Both the position numbers and the translations under genes were made by a program. Below are positions 7,606 through 17,902 of a stretch of DNA of 64,000 nucleotides, piece by piece. Under the pieces are notes generated by a model. The model saw only the letters and a list, made by a program, of their open reading frames with translations. It had not been told where the DNA came from and ran no database searches. This stretch comes from Methanomassiliicoccales archaeon (GTDB lineage: Archaea > Thermoplasmatota > Thermoplasmata > Methanomassiliicoccales > UBA472). How positions within the stretch are numbered: the first letter of the stretch is position 1; every line of letters starts with the position of its first letter. The DNA is taken from positions 60,516 through 124,515 of the forward strand of contig JAJRAK010000057.1 of the NCBI GenBank assembly GCA_028682895.1, given 5' to 3'.

Positions 7606-10563
7606 TCACTTCTGCTGCTCGGTCTTCTTCTCCTTATCCTCACGGCCGATCCGCTGCAGCTTGCCCGGGGCCCACCATGCTTTCTTTCCCATGACGGTGA
7701 GGGCCGCCGGCACGATATACGTCCTGACGACCATCGCGTCCAGTAGGACCGCCACGGTAAGGGCGAAACCGAACTCCTGCAGCATGGCGTTGCTGGACAG
7801 CATTAGCGCGCCGAACGCGCCGCACATGATGATGGCCAGGGCGGTGATGATACCGCCGGTCCAGTCGGCCGCGGTGATGATCGCGTCCTTGATGTCCTTG
7901 CCCTTGTGGATCTCCTCCTTTATACGGGTGAGGATGAACACGTTGTAGTCCATTCCTATGCCCATCAACATGACGAAGAGGATGAGCGGGATGATCCACA
8001 GGACGGGCAGGCTCAACCAGACACCGAACACCAGATAGGTGAGGGCGAAGGCCCATGTTATGCTCATGGCTATCGAGAGGACCGCGAAGGCCGGCAAGAG
8101 TATGGAACCGAGCACCAGCACCAGCACTATGAATATGCCAATGACCACCAGTATCTCGATGTTGGTGAACTCCGATGATGTGCTCTGGCTCGTGTCATAC
8201 AGTGCAGCAGTGGTCCCGCCGACCAGTATCTCGGACCTGTTCAGCGCGGATTCCTGACCTACCTCGGCAGCCAGCATTTCCCTGAGCTCGGGGATGAAGT
8301 CCACCGCGCCCAGGCTCTGGGGCTCCTCGCTCAGCACCACGGTGAATAGCAGGCTCGAATTGTCCTTGCCCAGGAAGGAAAGCATGCCTGATAGAAGCTG
8401 TTCCTGCTCGCTCTCGGACATAGAGCTGATATTGCGATAGTCTACGGTCTCACCATATGGACGTGTGATACTGGTGACCTTTCCGACCTCGGACTCTTCG
8501 GCTATGGCAGCGGTCACGTTCTCCACGGCGTCCAGATACTCGTTGTTGAACGTCCCATTGTAGATGGCTACATCGCTTACGAGCACCACCTGTGTTGGCG
8601 ATATCGCTCCGGCACCGAAGTCATCGGTCATGACGACCATGCCCTCGATGCTCTCCGAGTTGCCCATCACTCCGATGAAGTCGAAGCTCGTCTCGGCCGT
8701 CACGTAAAGGTAGGTGGACGGAATGGTCATCACGATAGCGATCGTCAGCACTACCTTGGCGTGCTTGACAGAGAAGGTCGCGGCCTTGTGGAAGTAGTTG
8801 CGGTGACCGTCGTTCCTCTTGGCGTTCGCTTTGGCTACGAACGTGTCCCACCGCTTGCCGGTGGTAGGCCAGAACATCCTGTTTCCAACGAGCATCAGTA
8901 TCGATGGCACGAGGGTCAGGGCGACCAGCAGGGCGATGACGATGGCACCGCTGATGATCAGGCCCATGGACTGTACAAGGGCGTAGTTCGCTGTGGCCAT
9001 GGCCAAGAAGGCGATGATCACTGTGGAGGCACTGGTCGCGACCGACTCGCCTGCCCACATTATGGACGTATGCACTGCGTCCTCCCTGTTGGCCCCCTTC
9101 ATGCGTTCCTCGCGATAACGGGTGACGATGAAGATGGAATAGTCAGTACCGACCCCCATCAGCAGTGCGAAAAGCATGGTGGATATCATGTAATTGACGT
9201 CCATGACCGTGCATGCCAGCACATAGATCATTGCTTGGCTTACACCGACAGCTACACCGACCGCACCGAGAGGCAGGAATTGACCGACGAGGGTCCTGAA
9301 CATATATCCCATCAGGACGAGTATGACGATGATGGTGATCGGTTCGATCATTACCATGTCATTAGCGGAGCTTTCCTCGAGGTCGCTCGATATTGCCGCT
9401 GATCCGGTGACGTACGTATCAACATCATATCCAGTTGCATCAGTGGTGTCACTGATGATGGACCTTATATCTGACACGGCATCGACGAGCGGATAATCGC
9501 CATCGTCCGTGACGTACTCCGCGTCAATGCTGAAGGACAGTACCATTAGCATCGTCTTGTCACTGGGGGAGACGAAGTTGCTTAGGAGCGAGTTGGGGAT
9601 CGCTACTGGATAGGAACTTATGGTCTCATTGGCGACGATGGAGCTGACATAGGCCGCCACCACGGTCTCGTTGAAGTCCGGACCGAGCTCGTAGACGTCC
9701 TGCAGGAAGGTATCGTTGCCGATGCCGGCCATGCTGGCGATCGTCTGCATGGTGACATTATGGATCAGGGTCTGATCGGAAAAGGTCTGCAGATTGAAAG
9801 CACTGATGATGCTGCTCATGAACGCCTTCTCAGTATCATCTACAGGAAGGACCGCGATGAAACTTTCAGAGCCGACGGAAATGGCGTTCTGGCACCTGGT
9901 CGCGGGGTTCGCGGTCAGTGTCGCATTGGTGGCGGTAGAGTTCCAGACGGCCATGTAGGACTGATAATAACCTAGGGCGAGCGCCTGCGTCTCGGTGTCC
10001 AACGAGGCGAGTTGCGTCTGCAGCTCGGCGGTCGTCATCGAATACGCCTGCTCGTCCCTGACGGTGACATTGTCACTGCTGTTGGTATTAGCAGTCCACA
10101 TGTACAGATGGGAGGCCGGGATGCCATACAGTAAGGAGGCGGTCAGGTTGACGTTCTCCTCCAGAGCGTACATCGAAGGACCTAGCTCTGAGATTGTCAG
10201 GCCCAGGATCATTGATGAATAGGAATAGATGGACGAGACGCTCTCCAGATACTCCAGGTCCCCATCCTCCAGTTCCTGTTGTAGCTTCAGGATATAATCC
10301 CTCGCTTCTGCGTCCGTCATGTTATCGGACTGGAGCACTATGAGGATAGTACCATTGGACACTGAACTTTGAAAATTCTCTGTGATTATCTCTGTCACCT
10401 GCGTGGACTCGCTGTCCCCACCGGACGACATATCGGAATCATAGCTCACAACATCGTTGAGCGACAGCATCGCTGGAATGCTCACTAGAAGGGCGATGAC
10501 CCATATCACGATGATGAGCTTGTACCTCTTTGTGACGATTTTGGCCAACCTATCGAATATCAT
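7606..10563 (-). CDS. MMPL/RND superfamily membrane transporter
   Basis: About 985 aa. Two 6-TM bundles, each followed by a large extracytoplasmic domain. Start set at MIFDRLAKIV (ATG 10561-10563), preceded by GGAGG. Confidence 0.7.
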   Translation of the reverse strand: MIFDRLAKIVTKRYKLIIVIWVIALLVSIPAMLSLNDVVSYDSDMSSGGDSESTQVTEIITENFQSSVSNGTILIVLQSDNMTDAEARDYILKLQQELEDGDLEYLESVSSIYSYSSMILGLTISELGPSMYALEENVNLTASLLYGIPASHLYMWTANTNSSDNVTVRDEQAYSMTTAELQTQLASLDTETQALALGYYQSYMAVWNSTATNATLTANPATRCQNAISVGSESFIAVLPVDDTEKAFMSSIISAFNLQTFSDQTLIHNVTMQTIASMAGIGNDTFLQDVYELGPDFNETVVAAYVSSIVANETISSYPVAIPNSLLSNFVSPSDKTMLMVLSFSIDAEYVTDDGDYPLVDAVSDIRSIISDTTDATGYDVDTYVTGSAAISSDLEESSANDMVMIEPITIIVILVLMGYMFRTLVGQFLPLGAVGVAVGVSQAMIYVLACTVMDVNYMISTMLFALLMGVGTDYSIFIVTRYREERMKGANREDAVHTSIMWAGESVATSASTVIIAFLAMATANYALVQSMGLIISGAIVIALLVALTLVPSILMLVGNRMFWPTTGKRWDTFVAKANAKRNDGHRNYFHKAATFSVKHAKVVLTIAIVMTIPSTYLYVTAETSFDFIGVMGNSESIEGMVVMTDDFGAGAISPTQVVLVSDVAIYNGTFNNEYLDAVENVTAAIAEESEVGKVTSITRPYGETVDYRNISSMSESEQEQLLSGMLSFLGKDNSSLLFTVVLSEEPQSLGAVDFIPELREMLAAEVGQESALNRSEILVGGTTAALYDTSQSTSSEFTNIEILVVIGIFIVLVLVLGSILLPAFAVLSIAMSITWAFALTYLVFGVWLSLPVLWIIPLILFVMLMGIGMDYNVFILTRIKEEIHKGKDIKDAIITAADWTGGIITALAIIMCGAFGALMLSSNAMLQEFGFALTVAVLLDAMVVRTYIVPAALTVMGKKAWWAPGKLQRIGREDKEKKTEQQK

Positions 10564-10715
10564 TATGGAACCTCCCTGCGAGAGGATTATGCCCGGAAAA
10601 AATCGTCTGTATATAGTCTTGTTGTCACTACAGGAATGACATAATTGAAAAAGATGAGCAACCCAGAGCATGTAGGACTAGCATGATGGCCCGCTCATTG
10701 TTGTTCAAAATATCA

Positions 10716-11939
10716 TCATTGCTCGATGTTCTCATTCCGTTCGTTTGACGTTCCGTCGATGAAGGACCCTTTCTTCAAGGCCAGACGCACAGCGTCAGCG
10801 AACATCAGCAGTCCGATGAGGGCCAGGAAGAACCCGAGCAGCCAGCTCCCGTAAAACTCCACCGGTGGCTCGGTCCCCTCTCCCAGGGCAAAGGCCGTGG
10901 CCAGAATCAATGGTATGAAGGCCAGCAATATGCGCCAGAATATCCTCTTGTCCTGAACGGCCCAGACGGAAAGCAGCGCCACAAGTATGATCCAATATCC
11001 GCCATGTATCTTGGGATAGAAGGCAAAGAACACCAGTATCATGAGGGTCACGCTCGGCCATACCGGCCACCTCTTGTGGTATGGGTACAGGTAGGCGAAC
11101 ATCATGGCGACGCCGAGAACGCCGAGCTGGACGATGCTCGGGACGCCCCATCCGCCCATGTTCAGGAAATGCCATATGCTGGAACCGCCCGTAGGACGCT
11201 CGTCGTTCCCAAGGAAGTAGAAGTCCAGGAAGAAAGAGAAGTCGTCCCAGCATAGGATGATGAAAGGCAGGGCGATCAACGCCGTGGCCGCTAGGACGAT
11301 GAGCACCACCATCATTCGGTCCTTCCAGTTGCGCTGCTGCAGGATATGGACCGGCGCTAAAAGGATGGGGAACATCTTGGTCCATATGCCCGCGCCCACG
11401 ACGATGCTGGCCTTATGACGGTGTTGGAAGGCCATCAGCAGAACGCTCAGTAGGAATACGAAGGCCATTATGGACTCGTCCTCTCCTGTGCCGGACTCGA
11501 TGAACGTGAACGGCGACAGGAGGACGATGGCCCCGACCAGGTACGCCTTCCATTCATCATGGCTGCGCAGGAAAAGGTACATTATGCTCGCCAGCAGGAA
11601 AGCGAAGAAGGAGAAGTAGGCGCTCCAGACCCAGTCGTGCTCGGCCCCTCCCAGCAGTTGCGCGGGCACCAGGATGTAGTTGATGAGCGGCGGCGTCTCG
11701 GTGTGGACATCGCGATAGAGGAGACCGCCGTCCAATATCGTCTGGGTCCTGTCCCGGTACACGTCCAGGTCAGGATGGGACGTCTCGCCGAACATATCGA
11801 CCAGGAAGACGTTGTCGATCACTATCACCGCTCCGTAGAGAACGAGAGTGATGACAGCGTAGAGGGCGATCTTGCGCGCCGTGGACATTGGCCGCACCTT
11901 ATGTACGACCTTTCCGACCACATCCGCGACGGCGCTCAA
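10716..11939 (-). CDS. Polytopic membrane glycosyltransferase, GT-C fold (DUF2029/GT87-like)
   Basis: 407 aa with more than 10 TM helices. Resembles polyprenyl-phosphate-sugar-dependent mannosyl/arabinosyl-transferases. Sits in an operon with GT2 and flippase-like genes. Confidence 0.5.
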   Translation of the reverse strand: MSAVADVVGKVVHKVRPMSTARKIALYAVITLVLYGAVIVIDNVFLVDMFGETSHPDLDVYRDRTQTILDGGLLYRDVHTETPPLINYILVPAQLLGGAEHDWVWSAYFSFFAFLLASIMYLFLRSHDEWKAYLVGAIVLLSPFTFIESGTGEDESIMAFVFLLSVLLMAFQHRHKASIVVGAGIWTKMFPILLAPVHILQQRNWKDRMMVVLIVLAATALIALPFIILCWDDFSFFLDFYFLGNDERPTGGSSIWHFLNMGGWGVPSIVQLGVLGVAMMFAYLYPYHKRWPVWPSVTLMILVFFAFYPKIHGGYWIILVALLSVWAVQDKRIFWRILLAFIPLILATAFALGEGTEPPVEFYGSWLLGFFLALIGLLMFADAVRLALKKGSFIDGTSNERNENIEQ

Positions 11940-11955
11940 ACCTTTCCCCGCCCTA

Positions 11956-12681
11956 TCATTTCTTGTTACGCAGTGCCTTGATCTCGTCCTTGTGGTCCTT
12001 CTTGAACTTTGAGAAGTCTCCTAGGGTGATGAACGGCACTGTGTAGAACTTGATGTACGATTTGCCACTGGGACGGTCGTAATGCACTATCGGCACCTCG
12101 GCGATCTTCAATCCCTTCAGGGCTGCCAGGGGCAGTATGAAGCGGTGCAGTCCCTGGTATCCCTCCGGGTCGAAACCCATGGCGACGGCCTTTTCCGTAC
12201 GGAACGCCTTGAAGCCGCTGTTCTGGTCCTTTATGTCCAGCTTGAACTTACGGCGGATGATGAAACGATTGTAAGTTCTGGAAATGAACCGGCGTATGAA
12301 GGTGTCAGTGCGCTCCTTCCTCCAACCGGTGACAACGTCATAGCCCTCGTCTATCTTGGCCAGGAACATAGGGATCTGTTTCGGCTCGTACTGCCTGTCA
12401 GCGTCCATGATGATAGAGACCTCGCCTTTGGCGTTCTTGAAGCCAGTGCGTATGGCGTAGGAGCGACCGAGGTTCTTTTCGTGATGGACCGCTCTGACAA
12501 GGCCAGGGTGGTCCTTTGTCAATTGATCGCATATCTCGCTGGAGCGGTCGGTGCTGCCATCGTCCACCAGCAGCACCTCGCCCTCTATCTTCTTGTCAGC
12601 GTAGACGGCCAGTATGTCCTCGGTGAGCGGTCCGATGTTACCTTCCTCGTTCTTGAGCATCAATATGGTGGTGCACTTCAC
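11956..12681 (-). CDS. Family 2 glycosyltransferase (dolichyl/polyprenyl-phosphate sugar synthase-like, DPM1/GtrB-like)
   Basis: LLVDDGSTDRS...MDADRQYEP...VVTGWRKER are GT2 DxD/DPM-synthase signatures. GTG start overlaps the upstream gene's stop. Confidence 0.75.
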   Translation of the reverse strand: MKCTTILMLKNEEGNIGPLTEDILAVYADKKIEGEVLLVDDGSTDRSSEICDQLTKDHPGLVRAVHHEKNLGRSYAIRTGFKNAKGEVSIIMDADRQYEPKQIPMFLAKIDEGYDVVTGWRKERTDTFIRRFISRTYNRFIIRRKFKLDIKDQNSGFKAFRTEKAVAMGFDPEGYQGLHRFILPLAALKGLKIAEVPIVHYDRPSGKSYIKFYTVPFITLGDFSKFKKDHKDEIKALRNKK

Positions 12682-13709
12682 TAATAATCCCTCTTGCAGT
12701 TGGTTTGAACCTTAGTTGATGATGCCTTCGATCTCCTGCTGTCCAAATACATGGCGAGCAGACTGACCGGGACCGATAGCCAGATGGAAGTGATGGCGCT
12801 TAGCAGTCCGGCGGTGGCGGCCACGTTCGCGTCCAGTCCTGCGGCGCCGAACACCGCGGAGGACATGACCACGTTACCGCTTCCAGCGGACAGTATGACA
12901 CCGCTGAGCGACGCCAGGCTGGAAGCGGCTATGACCGCCACAAGTGTGACATCTACGCCCAATGCTACGATGATTATGTAAAGACGGAGTATCTCATTGA
13001 CCCATATGGCGCCAGTGAGGACCGAGGCCCAGAGCATGGGTTTCCATTCCCCTTGGTAGGTCACGGCCTCGTTGAACGAATCGACCATGCCCATCATTTT
13101 TTCGGCGTACCTCTCCCCTTTCTCCCCCTTGACGACCCTCTTGAACAATCTTACGCCCCAACCCGCGATACGCTTTACTATCGAAGGCTTGGCCAGGATG
13201 TAGATGAAGAACACATTGACGATCACCATGACGATGACCAGGAATATCAGGTAGCCACGGAGGTCGTCCACGATGGAGACCAAAAGAAGCAATAGGCTGG
13301 TCACGCAGAGGATGGTCAGCACGGCGAAGTCCATTATCCGTTCTGTGACCACCGAGGCCAGTCCCTTTCCTATCTTGACGCCCTCCTTGGCATTCATCTC
13401 CACGATGCGGGAGGTCTCGCCGACAACCCTTCCGGGAATGAGGTTGTTGATCGCCTGGGAAAGGGAGAACGCGGTGAAGATGGAACGGAACTTGACCTTG
13501 TTCCCTGTGGCGTTCATGAGCACGCTCCAGCGGTAAGCTTTCACGCACAGGTTGATCATGTAGAGCAGAACGACCAATCCGATGAGCGCCAGGTCCACTT
13601 GGCCCATGGCATCGCTGACATCCGCAGGGTTGGAATTCAGCACTACCAAGATGATAAGTACAGCTGAAACGCCCAGCTTAATTTTCGTCCCCAGGCTCAT
13701 CTTTGCCAT
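12681..13709 (-). CDS. Flippase-like / lysylphosphatidylglycerol-synthase TM-region family (UPF0104) membrane protein
   Basis: 342-aa polytopic membrane protein. UPF0104 proteins are commonly paired with GT2 DPM-like synthases. Confidence 0.5.
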   Translation of the reverse strand: MAKMSLGTKIKLGVSAVLIILVVLNSNPADVSDAMGQVDLALIGLVVLLYMINLCVKAYRWSVLMNATGNKVKFRSIFTAFSLSQAINNLIPGRVVGETSRIVEMNAKEGVKIGKGLASVVTERIMDFAVLTILCVTSLLLLLVSIVDDLRGYLIFLVIVMVIVNVFFIYILAKPSIVKRIAGWGVRLFKRVVKGEKGERYAEKMMGMVDSFNEAVTYQGEWKPMLWASVLTGAIWVNEILRLYIIIVALGVDVTLVAVIAASSLASLSGVILSAGSGNVVMSSAVFGAAGLDANVAATAGLLSAITSIWLSVPVSLLAMYLDSRRSKASSTKVQTNCKRDY

Positions 13710-13885
13710 TCCCGACCCTCTTCCCCAGCCTTGCCGGACGTACGTCCGTTCATGCAGTTCGATGCGTTGGCTGGGACTTATGACTAAAATGGCCTTATAT
13801 CAAACTTTCCGATAGAATCGTAGAACGATGGTCGACCGGCGCAAGTAATGTAAATAGCGGTGCGGATGCGTGCGACGGTGAGAGC

Positions 13886-14323
13886 ATGAAGGTCCTGGTG
13901 ATGTACGACAGCGTCTTCGGCAACACGGAAAGGTTGGCAAGGATAGTGGCCGATGAGATAAAGGGGAGCGGTCACGAGGTCGAATGCCGCGATCAGTCCG
14001 CGTCCGGTGAGGAAGACTTCGTCGGAGTCCGCCTTTGGGTGCTCGGCTCACCGACCAGATGGGGGCGCCCCAGGTTCCGCTTCACTACATTGGTCAAGAA
14101 CGCGGTGAAGGAGGCGGGCAAGGACCACGACTTCGTGGCCTTTGACACGAAATACGAAAAGTTCCATACCGGATCGGCCGATCGATTGCATGACCTTCTG
14201 GTGAGGAACGGCCTACGGCCTTTGATGCCCGCGCAGCATTTCTTCATGGACGGGGAGGAGCTGCGACCGGACCAGGAAGAGAGAGCAAGGGAACTAGGGC
14301 GGACCATCGTCTCCTTGTTATAG
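13886..14323 (+). CDS. Flavodoxin-like protein
   Basis: MKVLVMYDSVFGNTERLARIVADEI is the flavodoxin N-terminal FMN-phosphate loop (S/T-x-x-G-N-T). Confidence 0.7.
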   Translation: MKVLVMYDSVFGNTERLARIVADEIKGSGHEVECRDQSASGEEDFVGVRLWVLGSPTRWGRPRFRFTTLVKNAVKEAGKDHDFVAFDTKYEKFHTGSADRLHDLLVRNGLRPLMPAQHFFMDGEELRPDQEERARELGRTIVSLL

Positions 14324-14324
14324 A

Positions 14325-15656
14325 TCAGAGGACCGTGCCATCGACGGTCCCCATGTCTTCTTCCTTGTTCTCAACGTTCGTGAACATCAGCAGCACCAAC
14401 GCCGCCAGTATGAACGCCGATGACATGACGAACAGCACCAGATACCCGCAGTAGGCGGCCACCAGCCCTCCGACCAATGAACCGATGATGGCCGAGATCC
14501 CGCGTATGGAGTTGTACATCCCCATGGACTGGCTCCGGAAATTGCGGTAGGCCATCCTGGCCACGAGCGCGTCCCCGGCCACGGCCAGCATGGCCCAGCA
14601 CATCCCGGCCAGACCGTTCAATATGCACATGAGCAGGAACAGCGTGGTCACGTCCAGCGGGAAAAGGGTCACCATGAAGAACGCAGGGAAGATGAGCGTT
14701 CTCAGCCCGAAGGCCAGCGTCTGCAGCTTTCGACCACCGAGTCGGTCCACCAATCTACCGGCCACGGCGTAGAAGAAAAGAGAGACTATCGAGCTTGCCA
14801 GGTAAACCGCGAACACCTCGGCGCTGCTGATTCCAACGTAATCCCTCAAGAAAACCGGCAACGCCACATAGAAGCTCAGGAAGCCGGTGAAGGCCAGGAG
14901 CACGACGACATAATAGCGTTTGAGATCGCTGGAGAAGTTGCTCAGACGGAGGTTCTTGCTGGACACCTCGACTATGAAGAGAAGCCGCTGCGGCATGTAC
15001 CGCATCTTCTCCATCAGAAACCCGGGGACGACATGCAGATCGAGATGGGCCAGATCCTGTCTGCTCACCTGCTCGGTAGGTTCCTTCATGTAAAACCAAC
15101 CGAGGATGACGGATAGGAAACCAAGCCCTCCGGCCAGCATGAACAGCGCTCGCATAGGGAACGCGTCCCCGTCCGTAGGGAGAACGACCATCCATATCGT
15201 TCCTAGAAGGAGACCTATCACCCAACCAAGACCGCCCACTCTGCTGAAATCGCCCAGTCGTTTGGCCCACTGGTCCCTGCTGTAGCACTCCAGCACCATC
15301 ACCGTGCCCACAGGGGCTATGGCCGCCCCGAGGAAGCCGAACAGGAAGTTGGCGATGTAATATTCGGATATCCCTTGGGAAAGGCCCATCAGAAGCAGTG
15401 ACAGGGCCACGCCCAGGAACCCCATCAGCACGTATGGCACCCTGCGCTTGGTGCTGTCAGAGATATTGCCCCAGAATATGGCCCCTGGAACGGAGGCCAG
15501 GGAGGTAGCGGCACTGACGATTCCCACCTGGGCCACGGTGCCTTTCAGCCCCTCGGTGATGAACAATGGTATCAGGGCATTGGTGCTGCCCCCGGACAGG
15601 TTGTAGGGCAGGAAGGAATAGTACCACTTCTCGTCCTTGCAGCGGTCCTTGGCCAT
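14325..15656 (-). CDS. MFS transporter
   Basis: 12-TM profile. Start probably MAKDRCK, since the annotated ORF's first 12 aa are Cys-rich and unlikely to be coding. Confidence 0.7.
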   Translation of the reverse strand: MAKDRCKDEKWYYSFLPYNLSGGSTNALIPLFITEGLKGTVAQVGIVSAATSLASVPGAIFWGNISDSTKRRVPYVLMGFLGVALSLLLMGLSQGISEYYIANFLFGFLGAAIAPVGTVMVLECYSRDQWAKRLGDFSRVGGLGWVIGLLLGTIWMVVLPTDGDAFPMRALFMLAGGLGFLSVILGWFYMKEPTEQVSRQDLAHLDLHVVPGFLMEKMRYMPQRLLFIVEVSSKNLRLSNFSSDLKRYYVVVLLAFTGFLSFYVALPVFLRDYVGISSAEVFAVYLASSIVSLFFYAVAGRLVDRLGGRKLQTLAFGLRTLIFPAFFMVTLFPLDVTTLFLLMCILNGLAGMCWAMLAVAGDALVARMAYRNFRSQSMGMYNSIRGISAIIGSLVGGLVAAYCGYLVLFVMSSAFILAALVLLMFTNVENKEEDMGTVDGTVL

Positions 15657-15707
15657 CGAGCAGGGGCATTTCAGACCGAACGAATAAATCATGCGGTGGG
15701 ACCGGCC

Positions 15708-16047
15708 TTATATCGTACCGAGCAGCACGGCCACGGTCACTGCCAAGAGCACTGCGATAGACACCAATACGAACTGACGGTCCCTCTCTTTCAGGAACAC
15801 GGACAGGGCACCGAACACCCTGGCCAACGGAGTGATGATCAGGAGCAGTATCCCCAGCGTGAGGAAGGCCAGCGGGTCCATCTCCACCAGCCCGGACGGG
15901 ATGTCCTCCAGTGGAACTATCTCCGTGCCCTCCGCACCGGTAGCGATGCCCAGCGCGAGACCGACGAGCATGAGGGCAAGGCTGATCATCATGCCCCACC
16001 GCAGTATCGGCTGCACCACCCGGCATAGCCTTTCCTGCTCGGACATC
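15708..16047 (-). CDS. DUF1634-like small membrane protein
   Basis: Likely start MSEQERLCRVVQPILRWGMMISLALMLVG... with 3 TM segments. DUF1634 is typically paired with DUF81/TauE. The supplied ORF has a long GC-rich N-terminal extension that is probably not coding. Confidence 0.45.
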
Positions 16048-16888
16048 AGGCACCACCCCACAGGCCGAACGCCTTCATCACCATGGTGAACGCGACGATG
16101 AACAGCAGGACGGCGAACCATTTGCGCAACTGTGCGGTCGAATAGTGGGCGACGGCCCTGGTACCGATGTATGCACCTGTGAACGTGCCCAGCGCCACAG
16201 CCGCGCACAGGTAGGCGTCCAGCAGTCCATGTCCGTAGAATATCACTGCACCGGTGAGGGCGGTCACGCCGATCATGAAATTGCTGGTGGCGGTGGCCGC
16301 CTTCAACGGTACGTTCATGCACACGTTCATCACCGGTACCTTGACCAGCCCTCCGCCGACGCCAAGCAGACCGGACAACATGCCGGCCACGCCGCTGTAC
16401 GCCAATCCTTTCCTCAATCCCTTGACGCCGTAGCTCACCTTGATATCTTCCTTGGGGTCCACATAGCTGCAGGACAGGTCCAGCGAATCATTGCAGGCGG
16501 CATCCTCCGGGGAAAATATGATTTCGCGGTGCCGGACCATCATGACGGCCGAGTACACCAGGAGCATTGAGAAAAGCAGGAAGAGCACCGTCTGGTCGGT
16601 GTAGACGGCGATCAGGGCGCCGACTATGGACCCGATGGTGGTGGACATCTCCAGGAAGAGGGCCAAGCGGACGTTGGTCAGACCTTGCTTCACGTACCTG
16701 GTAGCCGCACCGGTCGAGGTGGCGATCACACCTATCAAGCTGGCGCCTATGGCCTCCTGCATAGGGATGCCGAAACCGAGGGTGAGGAGAGGGATGATGA
16801 TGAGCCCCCCGCCGATCCCCATCAGCGCCCCGACGAGCCCGGCGCTGATGCACAGAAGGGCGATGAGAAGCAGGACCAGCGGTTCCAT
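16046..16888 (-). CDS. TauE/SafE (DUF81) family anion exporter
   Basis: Two repeated 4-TM halves with GxGGG motifs (LMGIGGGLIIIPLL and LLGVGGGLVKVPVM). Start set at MEPLVLLL. Confidence 0.7.
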   Translation of the reverse strand: MEPLVLLLIALLCISAGLVGALMGIGGGLIIIPLLTLGFGIPMQEAIGASLIGVIATSTGAATRYVKQGLTNVRLALFLEMSTTIGSIVGALIAVYTDQTVLFLLFSMLLVYSAVMMVRHREIIFSPEDAACNDSLDLSCSYVDPKEDIKVSYGVKGLRKGLAYSGVAGMLSGLLGVGGGLVKVPVMNVCMNVPLKAATATSNFMIGVTALTGAVIFYGHGLLDAYLCAAVALGTFTGAYIGTRAVAHYSTAQLRKWFAVLLFIVAFTMVMKAFGLWGGA

Positions 16889-16952
16889 TGCCAGGTCATG
16901 GACGGAGCATGTCATAATCCTAACGGGAGAATGATTTATTACCCCGAGCGGC

Positions 16953-17816
16953 ATGGATGGGGGCATGGGCCTGTTGCTGGTCAGGTATGCCGAGATGGGG
17001 TTGAAGAGCCCGGGCATCCGCCGTTATTTCGAGAAGGTGCTCATCCACAACATGATGGCGGCACTTGCCAACGACCATCTCGAGGCGTTCATCGAGTCCC
17101 AGTACGGACGCATCTTCGTCACCACCGACCGACCGGAGGAGACATCGGCCGTTCTGCGCCGGGTCTTCGGGGTCTCATCGCTGAGCCATGTTCAGCAGTG
17201 CGTTTCCAGCATACCGGAGATGAGGAAGCTCGCCCTGGAGGTCGCCACACCTTTGTTGAAGGACGGCTCCAGCTTCAGGGTGGAGGCCCGTCGGAATGGG
17301 ACCCATCCCTATACGAGCATGCAGCTGGCCGCACAGGCCGGCGAGGAAATATATGAGGCGAACCGGCACCGGGGAGTGCATGTGGACCTGCACCATCCCG
17401 AACTGGTCATCTACGTGGAGGTGCGCGACCGGCGCGCCTATGTGTTCAGCGAGTACATCGATGGACCTGGCGGCCTGCCGATGGGAAGCCAGGGGAAGGT
17501 AGTGGCGCTCATTGACAATAAAAGGGACGCCCTTGCTGCCTGGATGATGATGAAGAGGGGCTGTCGTGCGCTCTTCCTCGTACAGGACGAGGAATCGATG
17601 AGGATACTTGAGCGCTGGGACCCGGAGCCGAGACGCGTCACGGGAACCCCGGGCAAGCTGGCGTACGTCAACAAGGCACAGGGGATCGTCGTAGGCTGGT
17701 CGCTGGACGACATCGTCCGCGCCCAAGAGATGAACGTCGACGTACCGATATACCATCCCCTCATAGGGATGGACGATGCCGAGGTGGAGAGGCGTCTCAG
17801 GGAGATCTCGTCATAA
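16953..17816 (+). CDS. ThiI-like THUMP-domain protein with degenerate PP-loop
   Basis: N-terminus LLLVRYAEMGLKSPGIRRYFEKVLIHNMMAAL matches the ThiI N-terminal ferredoxin-like/THUMP region. The PP-loop position reads GKVVALIDNKRDALAAWMMMKRG instead of SGGxDS. Confidence 0.5.
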   Translation: MDGGMGLLLVRYAEMGLKSPGIRRYFEKVLIHNMMAALANDHLEAFIESQYGRIFVTTDRPEETSAVLRRVFGVSSLSHVQQCVSSIPEMRKLALEVATPLLKDGSSFRVEARRNGTHPYTSMQLAAQAGEEIYEANRHRGVHVDLHHPELVIYVEVRDRRAYVFSEYIDGPGGLPMGSQGKVVALIDNKRDALAAWMMMKRGCRALFLVQDEESMRILERWDPEPRRVTGTPGKLAYVNKAQGIVVGWSLDDIVRAQEMNVDVPIYHPLIGMDDAEVERRLREISS

Positions 17817-17902
17817 TTTTTATTAGACCATCGCGACGCGCCCTTCGGAAGAAAAGATAGAAAGGAAAGGTGTTTGTAAGGTTTGTGAAGTAGGCCGTTC
17901 GC

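Noticed and set aside
7640-9402. Several 130-213-aa ORFs in alternative frames of the MMPL locus
   Set aside because: They overlap the 985-aa MMPL transporter with its consistent TM topology. Translations are Arg/His/Gly-rich.
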